From: Felis catus
Taxonomy: Eukaryota
Direction: 5' to 3'
Length of the DNA: 64,000 bases
Assembly: GCF_018350175.1 (NCBI RefSeq)
Contig: NC_058378.1
Span: 83,390,001-83,454,000, forward strand
The number at the start of each line of letters is the position of its first letter. Position 1 is the stretch's first letter. Both the position numbers and the translations under genes were made by a program. Of this stretch, positions 23,045 to 35,479 are shown one piece after another. The notes beneath the pieces were generated by a model. It saw nothing but the letters and a program-made list of their open reading frames with translations. It searched no databases and was not told the origin of the DNA.

Positions 23045-23470
23045 CCAGAAACATTTATTGAGCCTATGCCGTGAGACAGGTGTCTTCAGTCTTTATCCCT
23101 CCCTCTCCCTCCCTCCCTCCCTCCTTTCCATTTGTCATGGGCCTCCCTATCCTGGAAAGATGCTGTCAGGCGCTGGTGATGTCATGGTGAAGGTGACACG
23201 GTTCTTCTACCTTCACGAAACACAACAATCTGGTTCGTGAGTCAGCCCTGCACACAGCAGCCTCCGTGAGAAGCCCCCTCGACACACACCTCGCACAGGT
23301 GAGCCGCGGCTGTGACTTTCTGTGGGAAGGCAGAGGAAAGAGGGCCTGAAACTCCTGGAAGTCTTCCCAGCAGTGTTGGTAAAGAGTTTAGGCCTTGAAA
23401 ACCAAGTGAGATTTTGCTAGAAGGAGCCCAGAGGAGAAAGGCACTCTGGCCAAAGGCAGAGCTCTGAATG
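23045..23470 (-). mobile_element. L2 fragments
   Basis: 'aaacatttattgagcctatgc', 'gagtttaggccttgaaaaccaagtgagattttg'. Confidence 0.45.
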
Positions 23471-24224
23471 GATGCAGCGGAGGGGAAGAGCCAGGAGAAA
23501 GGGGGAATGGTCGACCAGCTGTCCTGGTCTCCCAGGGTGATTTACCAAGCGTCCCTTACTGTTGAGCCTTTCTGGAACCTTCCCACAACCTTGAACACTT
23601 AGCAGCCCTTTGCAGGGGCCCATGGGGCCTGCTTGCACTATTGGGTCTGTGAGGGATAACTCTTTGGACACGTGTCAGGACACCTGGGGGTCTTCAGGGT
23701 CCTGATCACAAAATGACCATGATCCTAGGCAAATGGTGGATCCTAGGCCTTGGAGGAAGTGACCCTCGTGGCACCTGTTCACCCACCACGCCTGGGTGCG
23801 TGCCCCTTGACTGGGTGTGCCCGTGTCATGCCTGTGCCGGGGCAAGGACTCACTGTGGAGACTCAGTCACTCACTCAACAAAGGTCTGTGGGACCCTCTG
23901 TCATCTTGAGCACATTTGCACCTAGAAGAGAACACACTGCTCTCTTCACTATCGTTTGCTCTGCTTTTTATTATTTAGTGTATTTATATTGGGCTTTTCC
24001 AGGATATCTGTGGGCGAACTTGCTTGACATCCAAGAAAAATGATTTTCGTCTTAGTTCACCTTTAGGTCCAAACCCATGGGAAGTATTCTTCCTGTGATA
24101 AACTGAAATGCTTTTCATTCTTCTTTCTTAGTTAATGTGTAGAGATTCATTCCTTACTGCACACCTAATATACGATGGATACCTTTCAGTGGTCTCTCCT
24201 CAACGAAGACTTTTACTTATTGGA

Positions 24225-24400
24225 TGCATTCATTTCTTTATCCAGAAACTTTTCACGGAGGTCTAGGGTGTGCTCAGTAAACAGAAGACCCGTTCTTGCC
24301 TTCACGGAGCTGATGGTCTAGTGAGGGAGTGAGGAAATCCCACAGATCATTGCAATAAGAGGTAAGAAGCGATGTGGGTTCTAAGAACCCCCCATGAGAA
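24225..24400 (-). mobile_element. L2 fragment
   Basis: 'ttcttgccttcacggagctgatggtctagtgagggag'. Confidence 0.5.
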
Positions 24401-27400
24401 GGTTGGAGAGTGGGGAGATCGCTCCTGTGGGCGGTCCTGGGGCGCCTTCCCCGAGGGACGCTGGCGGGATCTATGGGACCTCAGGAGCCAGAGAAAGGAG
24501 GGAAGAGGCATTTGGGGCAGAGGAGCTCTGGGCAGAGGCAAGGAGAGGGGCAGACCTGGACTGAACCTGGCTTGGCCAAGGCCGGCTGGGAGGTTCATCT
24601 TCAGCTAAGCTTTGGCCATCCTGGGATGGCCCCAGTGCCATGCTGAGGCTGGGGTCTTCCTTATGCGATCCTGCCCTTGTTTATCCCCATCCCCTGAGGA
24701 AGAAGTAGGAGGTAGGAAACAGGGAGCCATTAGGTCTCCAAGAAGAGAGTTACAGGGGAAATCTTTGACTTAGGTACGCAGTGGACATAAACAAAGAAAA
24801 GTGACAAAAAAGGGCCAAGGATGTCTATGGACATTCACACATTCAGAGAAGGGGAAGGTCTGAGACCTGGGTTTCCAAGCCAGCACCCAGCTCTGCTTTT
24901 TGCTTCCTGGTGTCTACACTGTAGGCAGCCAGCTTCCAGCCATCCAACTACCCCATCCTGGGACTGTCATAGACGGCCCACTGCATGCAAAGAGTGCAGG
25001 GAGACATCAGGCCCCCTAGTTCCTCTTAGGGACAGCCTGGGCTATCGCCCATGAGTGATGGCAGGGCTGTGTTTAGATTTGCACTTACCTAGTTTCGAAT
25101 CTGTTTTACACGGTTGAGCTGCGTCTCTCTTGCAGGTACCTCCTCCACCAGTACCAATAAGCCTGGGGGCTTCATTCACCTTGGATTTGGGGTTGCTAGA
25201 TTGTACACAGTTCACACAAAAACTTGACTTAACCCTGACCTTTCCATTCACCCGTTTATTCTTCAATGTATGATCTGACAGGTGCAGAGATGTGGTCTGG
25301 ACCCTCCCCCTGCACTACGGCAGGGGCAGCCGCGTCACCTCCAAGAGCAAGGGGACACACTTTAGGAAACCACGTTCTGGGTCATGTGGCTTCCCATTCT
25401 GCAGGTTTGCAGACAGTGACCGGCTGTCCTTGGCCTTCTGTCACAACCAGGGACAGTGACCACAGTGAAAGTCTCCCCCGCTGTGCTAAGTCAAGCTCAA
25501 GTCTGAATAATTTCCAGCCTCTAATTGGGCTCAATCAATTCGTCAACAGAACCATCCAAGTCCACGCTTTATTCAGTGCCTTCTGGTGCTAGATGCCATG
25601 GCCACTGCAGAAAATTCCTAGGGTCAGGCCTCTTCTCGGACAGAGGGAAGGACCGTTGCTAAATGTCCACGGAGCACGTGCTCGGTGCAGTCGCTGGGTC
25701 AAGGAAGGTGTAGGGCGCGCACTCCGTGCACCAGAGTAGGTAATAAGCCAGATGCACGTACGCCCCATCCACAAGGTGCTGTGTGCCAGGTGCTGATGGG
25801 ACACAATGCATGACCACAGGTGTGTGGAAGATGAGCCTTTGAGCCTGGATCTTAGGAATGGGGAGAGCATCAACAGGTTGAGAGAGAAGAGAGGAGGGCT
25901 TGCAGGGTGGGGCAGCCTGGGGCCGTGGGCAGACCGGCTCTTCCCAAGGGCTTGCCCGGGGAAGGCAATCAAGGTTGAGACAGCAGTGTGAAAGGCCGAG
26001 CCTCGAAGTCGCCTTCTGGAAGCTGGCTGGAGAGTCGCTGCCCGGGGAAAGGAGAGATGGGAAGCTAGTGGGGCCCAGAAGCCTCTTTGCATGTGGGCAG
26101 CACCCTTCCTGTGCTGTGGGAACAGAACCTTTGGGAACAGCCACCTCCTGCTCTGTGATGTGTGCTGCTTGGCGGTGGGGACCTGCCCATAGCACCTGGC
26201 TCTCCTGCCCGTTGACTGGCCAGGGGGAAGGTGGCTTCTCCTCGGAGGAGCTCAGGGGTCAGCAGGATTCTTGTTTGTGCCACTCCGGTGTGTGCTGGGA
26301 TGGCCCGAACGGGAGCTGAATGCAGGACTGCTGGCCCCAGAGAATCTGGCTCAGGTCAGTCCTCACTTACGGAACATCTGCCCCGTGGCTGAGCCCGGGA
26401 CGGTACGGGGGAGTCAGGGACAAGGCGTCGGCCGTGGACCCAGGGACTCTCAGCTCGGCGGGACTTACCGGCAGAGCCAACCGTGGTGAGTGGGGTAGCT
26501 GCACAGGGCTGGCTGGCACCAGGCTGAGGGGAGGGCCACCTCAGTGTCCCTGCTTTGTCCTAAAGATGGGGGCTGGGCCACGGGGCCTCCCTCTCACGGC
26601 TTTGCTAAAGCAGCAGCCACTGCCGTCTGCAAAAGAGTTGGCAGACAAGACCAGCCCTGAGATAAGCGAGTAGGTTTTCAAAAATGTTTCTGACGGTCTC
26701 CTCAACGGAAGCTCAGGGTGGATGACTGCTGAGGAGCACACACATCTGCCCATGTAGCCTGGGCGGGTGTCCAAATGCCTCTGTGCCCGGAAGAGAGTCC
26801 CACAGAGGAGCCCACGTATAGGAGCCAGCACAGGGTGTCAGTGACCGAGGCATGCCTTTTCTTCCTTCATCATCCGTATACTCAGAGCTCCCTCCCCCGC
26901 ACCCCGCCACCGCAGGGCAAGGAGCTAACTGAATGGTGGCTGTGCAGGGCAGGGAGGGGGGAGCCGGACAGCACATGGCCCCTGGCCACTCTCTAAGGTT
27001 CCTGGGCTGTCCCCCCCTCGAGGGGTCTAGGTTGCCCACTGAAGAAGGGAGAATAGAGAAGAAAAAGTGAGATCCACGGGCGCATTGGGCTGTCAGAAAG
27101 CCCAGAGAACAAACATCACAACCAACCCGGAGAAAGGTGGGTTGAAACAGAGATCGTGTTGGACTGACCTTTGAGTCTGAACAAAAGAAATAAGTATGTA
27201 GGAAAGGTTTTCAACACCACCCTGGAAGAAATAAAAGCAAGGAGGGACAAGTTGATTGGTCAGGATCCCTGTAAAGAGTGTGCCCTCTTCAGGCTGAAAT
27301 AGGCCCACAGTGTATTTTAAGATCTGTGTGTATCAGGGGAAGTTCAAACCAACAGACTCTGCCTACTGTGCTGGCCGTGGTCGTTGAGACTGAAGTATTT

Positions 27401-27789
27401 GAAAACATGGAACACAGTCCTTGCCGAGAGGAGCAGGAATAACCAAATAAAGACAAGACCTTATGTAGTAATCTTCCCAGTGAGCAATCCCTAGTTTCTG
27501 AATTACGAGGAGGTCCATTTTTCAAAGTATTCTGAATTTTCTGAATCCACTCAAGTTTACTATTATTTTTTATCAGGTAGGATGGTAACCAGTGTCTGCT
27601 TCCTGGGCACTCGGGAATCTTCAGACCCGCTAATGCAGGATTCAAGGACACACAGCATTGTCATTGGGAAGGGGGACAATTAGGAGAGTACCATCCACCC
27701 TTCATTAATCACGGTTTCTGAACTAGAGATACAGAACTTCAATCTCGGTGCAAGAATTGCAATCGTGTTTTGAAAATACCCCAAATTCT

Positions 27790-27952
27790 GGAGTGCCTGG
27801 GTGGCTCAGTCATTCAACACCTGACTTCAGGTTGTGATCTAGTGGTTTGTGAATTTGAGCCTCACGTCGGGCTCTGTGCTGACAGCTGGGAGCCCGGAGC
27901 CTGCTTCAGATTCTGTCTCTCTCTCTCTCTCTCTGCCCCTCCCCCGCTGGCT

Positions 27953-27990
<38 letters not shown>

Positions 27991-28009
27991 GAAATAAACA
28001 TTAAAAAAA
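27790..28009 (+). mobile_element. Can-SINE
   Basis: ggagtgcctgggtggctcagtc head, 'gggctctgtgctgacagc', (CT)n tract, aataaacattaaaaaaa. Confidence 0.93.
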
Positions 28010-28236
28010 GACAACCAAAAATTACTGAATAACCCCAGCATGGGTGTAGAGTGGTGCAAGGCTTGTACCCAGGCAGCAGAAATGGTGACTTTTAAATAAA
28101 AGGCTTAGCACGTGCATGGGGACTGCTGTCTGCACAGTCGAAATACAAGGACATCGTTTCGTATGGAGTTTCCTTTGCTTTGACAAACTTCATGCCTCTT
28201 TGGGGAAGGGCGAGCTGATTTTCCAAACTCCACCAA

Positions 28237-28279
28237 CACTCTCCCCTCCAGTCACCAGTCACTCTCCCCTCCAGTCACC
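28237..28279 (+). repeat. 20-bp direct repeat x2 (period 23)
   Basis: cactctcccctccagtcacc at 28237-28256 and 28260-28279. Confidence 0.85.
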
Positions 28280-29213
28280 CCTCCCGCGCCCCGCCAGTCT
28301 TTGGCGGAATGTGGGTGATCTGGGGGGATGCGACGCGCAGGGGGCCCAGGTCACTGGAGAAAACGGAGTCTGAACCAGTTTCTGCGCACCTCCGTCGGGG
28401 CCTCTCCAAGAGCCCGCGCGCTCAGGCCTCTCTCGGTCTTAAGAGGAGGCTCCCTCCTGAGCCGGCGCTGGGGCTCTCCCGACGAATGCTAAGTAGCTCC
28501 CACTCATCCGTGTAAACACGGGCGTCCTGGCGTTTCCAACAGGCATTATGCAAAGTGATAAATTGCCCCTAGAAAGGCCTGATCAGCACGTGGGCGCTGG
28601 CTCCCGGCACCGGGGTCCGCGGAGCCCTTGAAGTCGGCTGGCAGCTCCCGCAGATCGCCCGCGGAGCCCCCCACCCCGCCCATCCCCACCCCCCCCCCCC
28701 CTCCGACCCCTCTGGCTCTCCCGCCCCGGCCGCGCAGGGCGCACCCCGGGAGCAGCCACGCCCGGGGCCTGCACGCGCGCGGCGGCCCCGGTGGCGGGCG
28801 GGGAGCGCGCGTTTCCCTGGGTTAATTAGAAGCCGGAGTCGCTGAGCCCCGCCCGCGGCCCCGCGCTCCGCCCGCCGGCCTTTGATCGCCCGCGGCCTGC
28901 GGGCCCCGCAGCCCGCNNNNNNNNNNNNNNNNNNNNNNNNNNNNNNNNNNNNNNNNNNNNNNNNNNNNNNNNNNNNNNNNNNNNNNNNNNNNNNNNNNNN
29001 NNNNNNNNNNNNNNNNNNNNNNNNNNNNNNNNNNNNNNNNNNNNNNNNNNNNNNNNNNNNNNNNNNNNNNNNNNNNNNNNNNNNNNNNNNNNNNNNNNNN
29101 NNNNNNNNNNNNNNNNNNNNNNNNNNNNNNNNNNNNNNNNNNNNNNNNNNNNNNNNNNNNNNNNNNNNNNNNNNNNNNNNNNNNCGAGGCCTGCCTCCGC
29201 AATGATCTTAAGA
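28280..29213. promoter_or_regulatory. Strong CpG island, promoter-like; core hidden by two gaps
   Basis: Very high GC and CpG at 28590-28916, GC boxes, TTAATTAG (28822-28829), perfect TCF/LEF site CCTTTGATC (28879-28887). Confidence 0.8.
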
Positions 29214-29409
29214 NNNNNNNNNNNNNNNNNNNNNNNNNNNNNNNNNNNNNNNNNNNNNNNNNNNNNNNNNNNNNNNNNNNNNNNNNNNNNNNNNNNNNNN
29301 NNNNNNNNNNNNNNNNNNNNNNNNNNNNNNNNNNNNNNNNNNNNNNNNNNNNNNNNNNNNNNNNNNNNNNNNNNNNNNNNNNNNNNNNNNNNNNNNNNNN
29401 NNNNNNNNN
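28917..29409. other. Two assembly gaps (28917-29184, 29214-29409) separated by a 29-bp island of sequence
   Basis: Runs of N. Confidence 0.99.
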
Positions 29410-30094
29410 TAAAAAAAAAAAGGGGGGGGAAACCAATGTTTAATACATTTAAAACATCTCTATTCATAGGATATTAGCTCTGCAAGCCCACAATAGCCAG
29501 TGAGACTTCTGTCTTGCTCATTCTGCTGAACTTGGCCCCGGCCAAGCCCTTCGATGCCCCCGCAAAGCGGAGGACTCGGCCTTGCTTTTCATCCGGCGTT
29601 TTCTAGAGCTAATATGTTTAAGATACTCTGGGTTGTTATAAATCCTGGCCATTAAGAAGATTCAGCTTTCTGCTCTTGTCTCCCCATCAAAATCTCTCTC
29701 CTGTTCTGATCTATCTTGGGGATTGGGTCAATATAGTTTTCTTGTTGTTTTGTGAACATTTTATGGTTTGAGGCAGCAGAAAAACAGAAGCTGACAGTTT
29801 CTTGGCCGTTCACACTTTCCTGGAGGGCAGGGGGGTGGCTGCAAAGTGCACTCCACCTATACGTTTAGCAGTCAGTGCACTTGCGCTGCTGTGGCCAAGG
29901 CATTCTCCACTTGGATGAAGGAGAAAGACTGTCAGCTCTCGTGTGTAAACACACAGAAGTGCTTTCCGACCTGCTCTGCTCTGTACTGTGTTTCAGCGAC
30001 TGATAGAAGGGCATCCCCACGGCGAAGCAATCTTAGATCTTCAGCCAGAGTGGACCCTTTGGCGACAGTGGACGGAGAAGGCAGCGCGGGGCTT

Positions 30095-30190
30095 CGTGCC
30101 CATTGTACAGACGACAAAGCTGAGGCTCAAGGAAGTAGAAGCAGTGACTTGCTCGAAGGTACCCTGGGAGGTAGGGTGGGTGCAGGGCTT
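30095..30190 (-). mobile_element. MIR fragment
   Basis: 'cccattgtacagacgacaaagctgaggctc...agtgacttgctcgaaggt'. Confidence 0.6.
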
Positions 30191-31156
30191 GTAAGCCTCT
30201 GCACAGCCCCCCACCCCCCCCACCCCCCGGGCTCCGACACACACATTCTAAGCGCTCCACTTAGATGGATGAAAGATGAATTTATAATTGATGGGAGGAA
30301 CACGTGGGAACCTGTCAGGATGTGGATTTCCCTTCTCAGTTGAGAGGTCTTCAAAGTGGTTATGAGGGAGCATGCCAAGGAAAATCAAGCAGCCATTTTC
30401 CCCACTAAAAATGACAGAACGTACATTCTTCTTGCTTTTCTCATTGATTTCATTCTGACTGCTTTTCCATAAAATTATCCCCAGACAGGTTCTCAGAGCT
30501 GTCACGAAGCCATTTGAAATTTTGCATGAAGCACATTTATGTGTGCATTTCTATACCTATCTATATAACTCCCCCCTCCCTTATTTGGCTTGGTTAGAAA
30601 ATGTCTTTTGTTCAGACTGCAAAAGAAAATTACACCTGATCTAACTCCCTGCCTGATTTGACTCCTGGGTATTTTATTTTGACGTTCCTATATTAATAGT
30701 CAAATTGGAGTGCTGAGAAACATAAGGACTTAACACCGACTGGACCTCCTTAAGTCTGCGCTTTCTGGTGAGTCTCGCCTTCCGGGTTTCAAATGCTTGT
30801 TTCTGCCAAGATGCCTCTTTTGTGAGAATCCATGGTGGTCCTGGATGTGGAGGTGCTGGGGACTCGAAGGGCTCAGAAGGGACCCCACTGGCCTTTGGGT
30901 TTTCCCAGTCAGTCTCCTGGGTCTTTTGCCCGAAGTGAATTTTGGGCTTTCATCAGATGATGGGGATGGGGGGTGGGAAAGCCTGAATGGAGAGTGTAAT
31001 CTCTTGTCACCAAGATGGGAGATAACTGTTTGTAAAGTAGCAAATACTGGGCCCTGTTTTTTTTTTTTCCTAAAAGAATTTCTAATCTGAAAGTTGTTCA
31101 TTTATATTTTGGAATCGATAAAAATGGTTTTCGTTCTCTCTTCTGTGGAAGAGTGA

Positions 31157-31157
31157 T

Positions 31158-31189
<32 letters not shown>
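31157..31189 (+). repeat. (TG)n microsatellite
   Basis: tgtgtatgtgtgtgtgtgtgtgtgtgtgtgtgt. Confidence 0.9.
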
Positions 31190-31194
<5 letters not shown>

Positions 31195-31363
31195 ATTTAA
31201 TCATCTTAACAGGATGTGGTACAAGGAGATGCTAGAATTCTCCCGAAAAGTTTGCTCTGTCTTTCTTATTCACCTAGAAGACGTCTCTGTCCTGCATTGG
31301 TGGAGGGGACCGTCTGGGTTCACAGCAGCACTTGGCAAAATTCTTTAAAATTGTGTAGATTAA

Positions 31364-31582
31364 GGGGCGCCTGGGTGGCGCAGTCGGTTAAGCGTCCGAC
31401 TTCAGCCAGGTCACGATCTCGCGGTCCGTGAGTTCGAGCCCCGCGTCGGGCTCTGGGCTGATGGCTCAGAGCCTGGAGCCTGCTTCCGATTCTGTGTCTC
31501 CCTCTCTCTCTGCCCCTCCCCCGTTCATGCTCTGTCTCTCTCTGTCCCAAAAATAAATAAACGTTGAAAAAAAAAATTTTTT
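31364..31582 (+). mobile_element. Very young feline Can-SINE (SINEC_Fc-type)
   Basis: Near-consensus sequence with CpGs intact, tail 'aaataaataaacgttgaaaaaaaaaa'. Perfect 16-bp TSD aaattgtgtagattaa (31348-31363 / 31583-31598). Confidence 0.97.
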
Positions 31583-31598
31583 AAATTGTGTAGATTAA

Positions 31599-31925
31599 GG
31601 GTTGGCCACCGTGCCTAGGAGGGGCCGGCTAATAAGTACATTGGGTTTGCAAGCCGTGCTGTTACAATTACTCAGCTCTGTCACTGCAGNNNNNNNNNNN
31701 NNNNNNNNNNNNNNNNNNNNNNNNNNNNNNNNNNNNNNNNNNNNNNNNNNNNNNNNNNNNNNNNNNNNNNNNNNNNNNNNNNNNNNNNNNNNNNNNNNNN
31801 NNNNNNNNNNNNNNNNNNNNNNNNNNNNNNNNNNNNNNNNNNNTAATAACCATTCTTAGTTTGTGGGCCATACAAAAACAGACGATGCCCGGATTTGGCC
31901 CACAGGCAATGGCTCGTCCCTGCTG
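31599..31925 (-). mobile_element. MER58-like hAT DNA transposon fossil spanning a gap (31690-31843)
   Basis: 'attactcagctctgtcactgcag...accattcttagtttgtgggccatacaaaaacag...ccggatttggcccacagg'. Confidence 0.75.
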
Positions 31926-32089
31926 CTTTGGAGTTTGAGGTGGGTCCTTCTCGCTGCTCTGCCCCCTTGGCTGCTCTTGCAGGAGTGAGTAAATAATGCT
32001 TTTTTAATTTAATTTAATTTTATTTTTTTTACTTTTACAAATTCGTATCTGCTTTCACGATATTAAGCTCTCTATTAGTAGCTCCCTCG

Positions 32090-32602
32090 GTTTTACGGAG
32101 ACAGAATCGACCCGTAACATTCAATAAGTTTAAGGCAGGCCACGTCACGGTGTGATATAAGACTATATTGTAGAATCATGGCCACAGTTCACTTCACGTC
32201 CGTCACTTCTTACAAAACGCTTTTTCATGTGATGGGAACTTTCAAGGTCGACACTCTCAGCAACTTTCAAATACACGGGCCAGTAGTGTTAATCAGAGTC
32301 GCCGCGCTGTGTATGATATCCCCACGATTTCCTTGTTTTGTACTTGGAAGTTTGTAGCTTTTGACCACTTTTACCCATCTCCCCCCACCCTTGCCTCTGG
32401 CAGCTGCCAATCTGTTCTCTGTACCTACGAGGTTTGCTTTATTTGTTCGTTCTTACATTCCATGCCTAAGACATCATATGGTATTTGTCTTTCTCTGTCT
32501 GGTTTATTTCACTTGACATAATGCCTTCAAGGTCCATCTAGGTGGTCACAAATGGCAGGGCCTTCTTTTGTTCCCGGCTGAATAATGTTCCATTATGTGT
32601 AT
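32090..32602 (-). mobile_element. L1MA9/L1_Carn-like 3' UTR
   Basis: 'ctcagcaactttcaaatacac...ctctggcagctgccaatctgttctctgta...atggtatttgtctttctctgtctggtttatttcacttgacataatgccttcaaggtccatc'. Confidence 0.85.
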
Positions 32603-34349
32603 TGACAGCCAGCACTCGGCATAAGGAAGGCTCTCGAGCGTCCGGACCTGCCCTGGCTCACAGCCTTGCATCCCTTTGCGACATATGCTTGCCCTTGTGG
32701 GACCTTCCCTCTCTGCTCCAAGTGACTTACCAGAATATGTCTTCTGTACGCGTAGAGGGCTGTCCCTAAGAGGAATTTTCGTGAATGAAATGATCTCTAG
32801 CCCCTTCACAGCCCCCATGATAATGGGCCAAACACAGAAGGAGTGTCCAGCTTTGCTGTGGAGACCAGACAAGCTGCCTGGGGGCACAGACAGAGGGCCA
32901 GGTGACAGCGCAGCCAGGTGAAGAGAGAGAAGAGAGCGTCCGCAGGGCGCACCTGCACACGAGGCTGCATGACCCCCGTGCAAGCTCTGAAATGGTCAGG
33001 ATGCACTAGCGCCCCTGGGTCTGTCTGAGGAGCAGGGCTGGTGGCTTAGAGGGACCAGCTTATTCATCCTGCATGCTGGGACTCAGCCACAGACAAGGGA
33101 CAAGCGGCCTTTAAACATCAGGTTGGGAGGTGGATGTCGCAGCTCCGGGGAGGGACGCCAGCCAACTGCCAGTGTTGGAGGACATTTCCTTGGCCATTTC
33201 CAAATCCCCCCCACACCCCCACCATTGTCTTCACTACATCTTTAACCCCAGATGGCACTAGCTTTGCTGTCCTTGGGGATTCGACTTAGTTTGAGCTTTG
33301 ACGCCCATCGTGCAACCGGCCTCAGAATTTGGGCCCCCGGAGTGGCAGGTGGTGAGGATGTCCCAGGGCTGAACAGGATGGTTTCCGGGAGTCTCCGCCC
33401 AAGGGGGCTTCCCCCAGGGACCTGCTTTTCCCTCGTAGCCTCTTGAGAGCAGGCTCTGCGAAGCCAGGGCCCGGTTCCCGCCGTCCAGGCCCCAGCACTG
33501 ACCGGGTGCAGGGTGGAGCCCAACCATCGTCGTCTAGTCCCGAGAAGCAACCAAGGGGCAAACACGGGATGGTCTGTGGGGTGGGACCGATCTGAGACAC
33601 AGAGCTCAGCCTCTGCTCTTGACTTTGGCTTTGCCTGAGCGGTGACCGGGGCTGTATCTCCACAAGATGGTGAAGAGCCTGGTTTCCTGCTAGGGCGCGG
33701 CTAGTTGGCTGGGAAATGGGAGACTAGGCCGGACGGTGGGAACCGGAAATTCTCCCACTGTGGCCACAGCTTCTGCAGCTGGTCTCCTCCTGATGCTGAG
33801 GACAGGTGTAGAGCTCTCCGTCCATGTGACTGAAGAACGGGGCTTGGAGGTGGTAAGTGGATGTTCCTAAAGTCACCTTCCGGCAGAATGGGGCTGGCGC
33901 TTGTGGCTCAGCCAGGCTCGGGAGACCCACACCCGCCAGCTAGCTGAGTGGGGCTCCACTCCTTCCTTTTCGAGAGCAGGGATTTTATTCCTGCCTCTTG
34001 GCCTGTAAAGGGCTTGTATCGCTTTCTTGTTGCTCCCCAGATACAAGTGCTGGACTGGGGGCAGAGGACGTGGCCGACTCCACCCCACCTGTGACTCCTC
34101 TTTTTGCCTTCAGGGACCACGAACCCAGCTCTCTGGGCTCCATGTGGCCGGGACCTTTCTCCCACCTTCTCCTGCTTTCCCCCAAGGGTCGATCTTATTC
34201 ATTCCTGAATTTCCCCTAAATTAGATCCCGTGAGCATTTAGTTGCTGGAAACACACAGTGGGCAAAAAAAGGCCTGGGCCCGAAGCTGAGAGAACCCCAG
34301 GGTGGGCCTCTGAGAGGGCCGGTCCCCAGCATTCCGAGAGCAGCGACAG

Positions 34350-34470
34350 CAGCAGCATTGATATATTCAGTGCTCACAGCGCTCCGGCAAGGGAAATATT
34401 ATTGCTGCTCTGGTTAAATCCACTCATGCCCATTTTTCAGATGAGGAAATTGAGGCTTAGCTAGGAAAAG
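34350..34470 (-). mobile_element. MIR fragment
   Basis: 'cccatttttcagatgaggaaattgaggcttag'. Confidence 0.65.
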
Positions 34471-34507
34471 TACTGGGCTCACTTTGCTACTGCTGTTGGG
34501 GTTTGCT

Positions 34508-34742
34508 TACGTGTATGGGCATGTGTACGTGTGCATGAGTATGTGTGTGCATATCTGTGCAAGCGTGTCCGTGTACATGTATGCATGTTTACGTGTGCCT
34601 GTGTGTGCATGGTCACGAAGCCATATGTGTGTGCATATGAGTGCAAGTGTGTGTGCATGTGTAGTGAGTATTTGTGTGAATATGCGTGTGCATGTGTGTA
34701 TGCGGGTGTGCATGCGTGCGTGCGTGTAAGCATGTGCACACG
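34508..34742. repeat. Degenerate (TG/CA/TA/CG) dinucleotide low-complexity tract
   Basis: About 235 bp of mostly alternating purine-pyrimidine sequence. Confidence 0.85.
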
Positions 34743-35170
34743 TTGAGAGGTTTGTCAGGCCTCGAGGAGCAGGCTGTGCGGCCTCTCTGGTCTGTCTCTG
34801 CCAGCAGGGTCCACATGGAGGCCCAGGAATCTGGGGGACATGTCCTTTCTATGGGCACAGCACGGCTGTCGGGGTGAGAGGTGGGCAGGCCTCGGGTGGA
34901 GCTGGCCCGAGCTCTGGCTGCGTGCCCCGGGGTGTGTGGGCACCATCCTGAGGTCTCTCCTGGTCCGTCCGTGCCAGCCTGGTGTTGGGCTGGCGGTATC
35001 CAGGGCTGTGCCGAGCTCAGTTGCCTCCCGGCCTCCTCATGGGAAGGGTTGGGGGCCCAGCCCACGGCAGCAGGTCCGTGTGCAAAATTTGAGGCCAGAG
35101 AAGATATGCCCCAAGGTGCGAAGGTGGGAGAGGGCGGAAGGGAGCAGCCTGGCACCTGTGATGCATCTGG

Positions 35171-35361
35171 TTTTTAAAAAAATTTAATGTTTATTTTTGG
35201 GGGGGGAGGGTCTGAGAAAGAGGGAGACACAGGATCTGAGGCAGGCTCCAGGCTCTGAGCTGTCAGCACAGAACCCGACACGGAACTTGAACCCATGAAC
35301 TGCGAGCTCACGACCTGAGCTGAAGTCGGATGCTTAACCGACTGAGCCCCCCAGGCGCCCC
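35171..35361 (-). mobile_element. Can-SINE lacking the (CT)n tail segment
   Basis: Reverse head 'cttaaccgactgagccccccaggcgcccc'. TSD acctgtgatgcatct (35154-35168) / acctgtgaggcatct (35362-35376). Confidence 0.95.
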
Positions 35362-35479
35362 ACCTGTGAGGCATCTTTTGACCTGCCCTGGGCCTCGGGC
35401 TGGCCAGCCCACCTGGCAAGGAGCGGTCCAGGCTGGTTCTGGTGTGGCATCCGTTAGCCTCACATATCTATTTGATCAA

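Noticed and set aside
31364-31450. tRNA-like A/B boxes
   Set aside because: These are the tRNA-derived heads of Can-SINEs, not tRNA genes.
34479-34746. His/Thr- and Cys/Val-rich ORFs
   Set aside because: Translations of a degenerate (TG)n tract.
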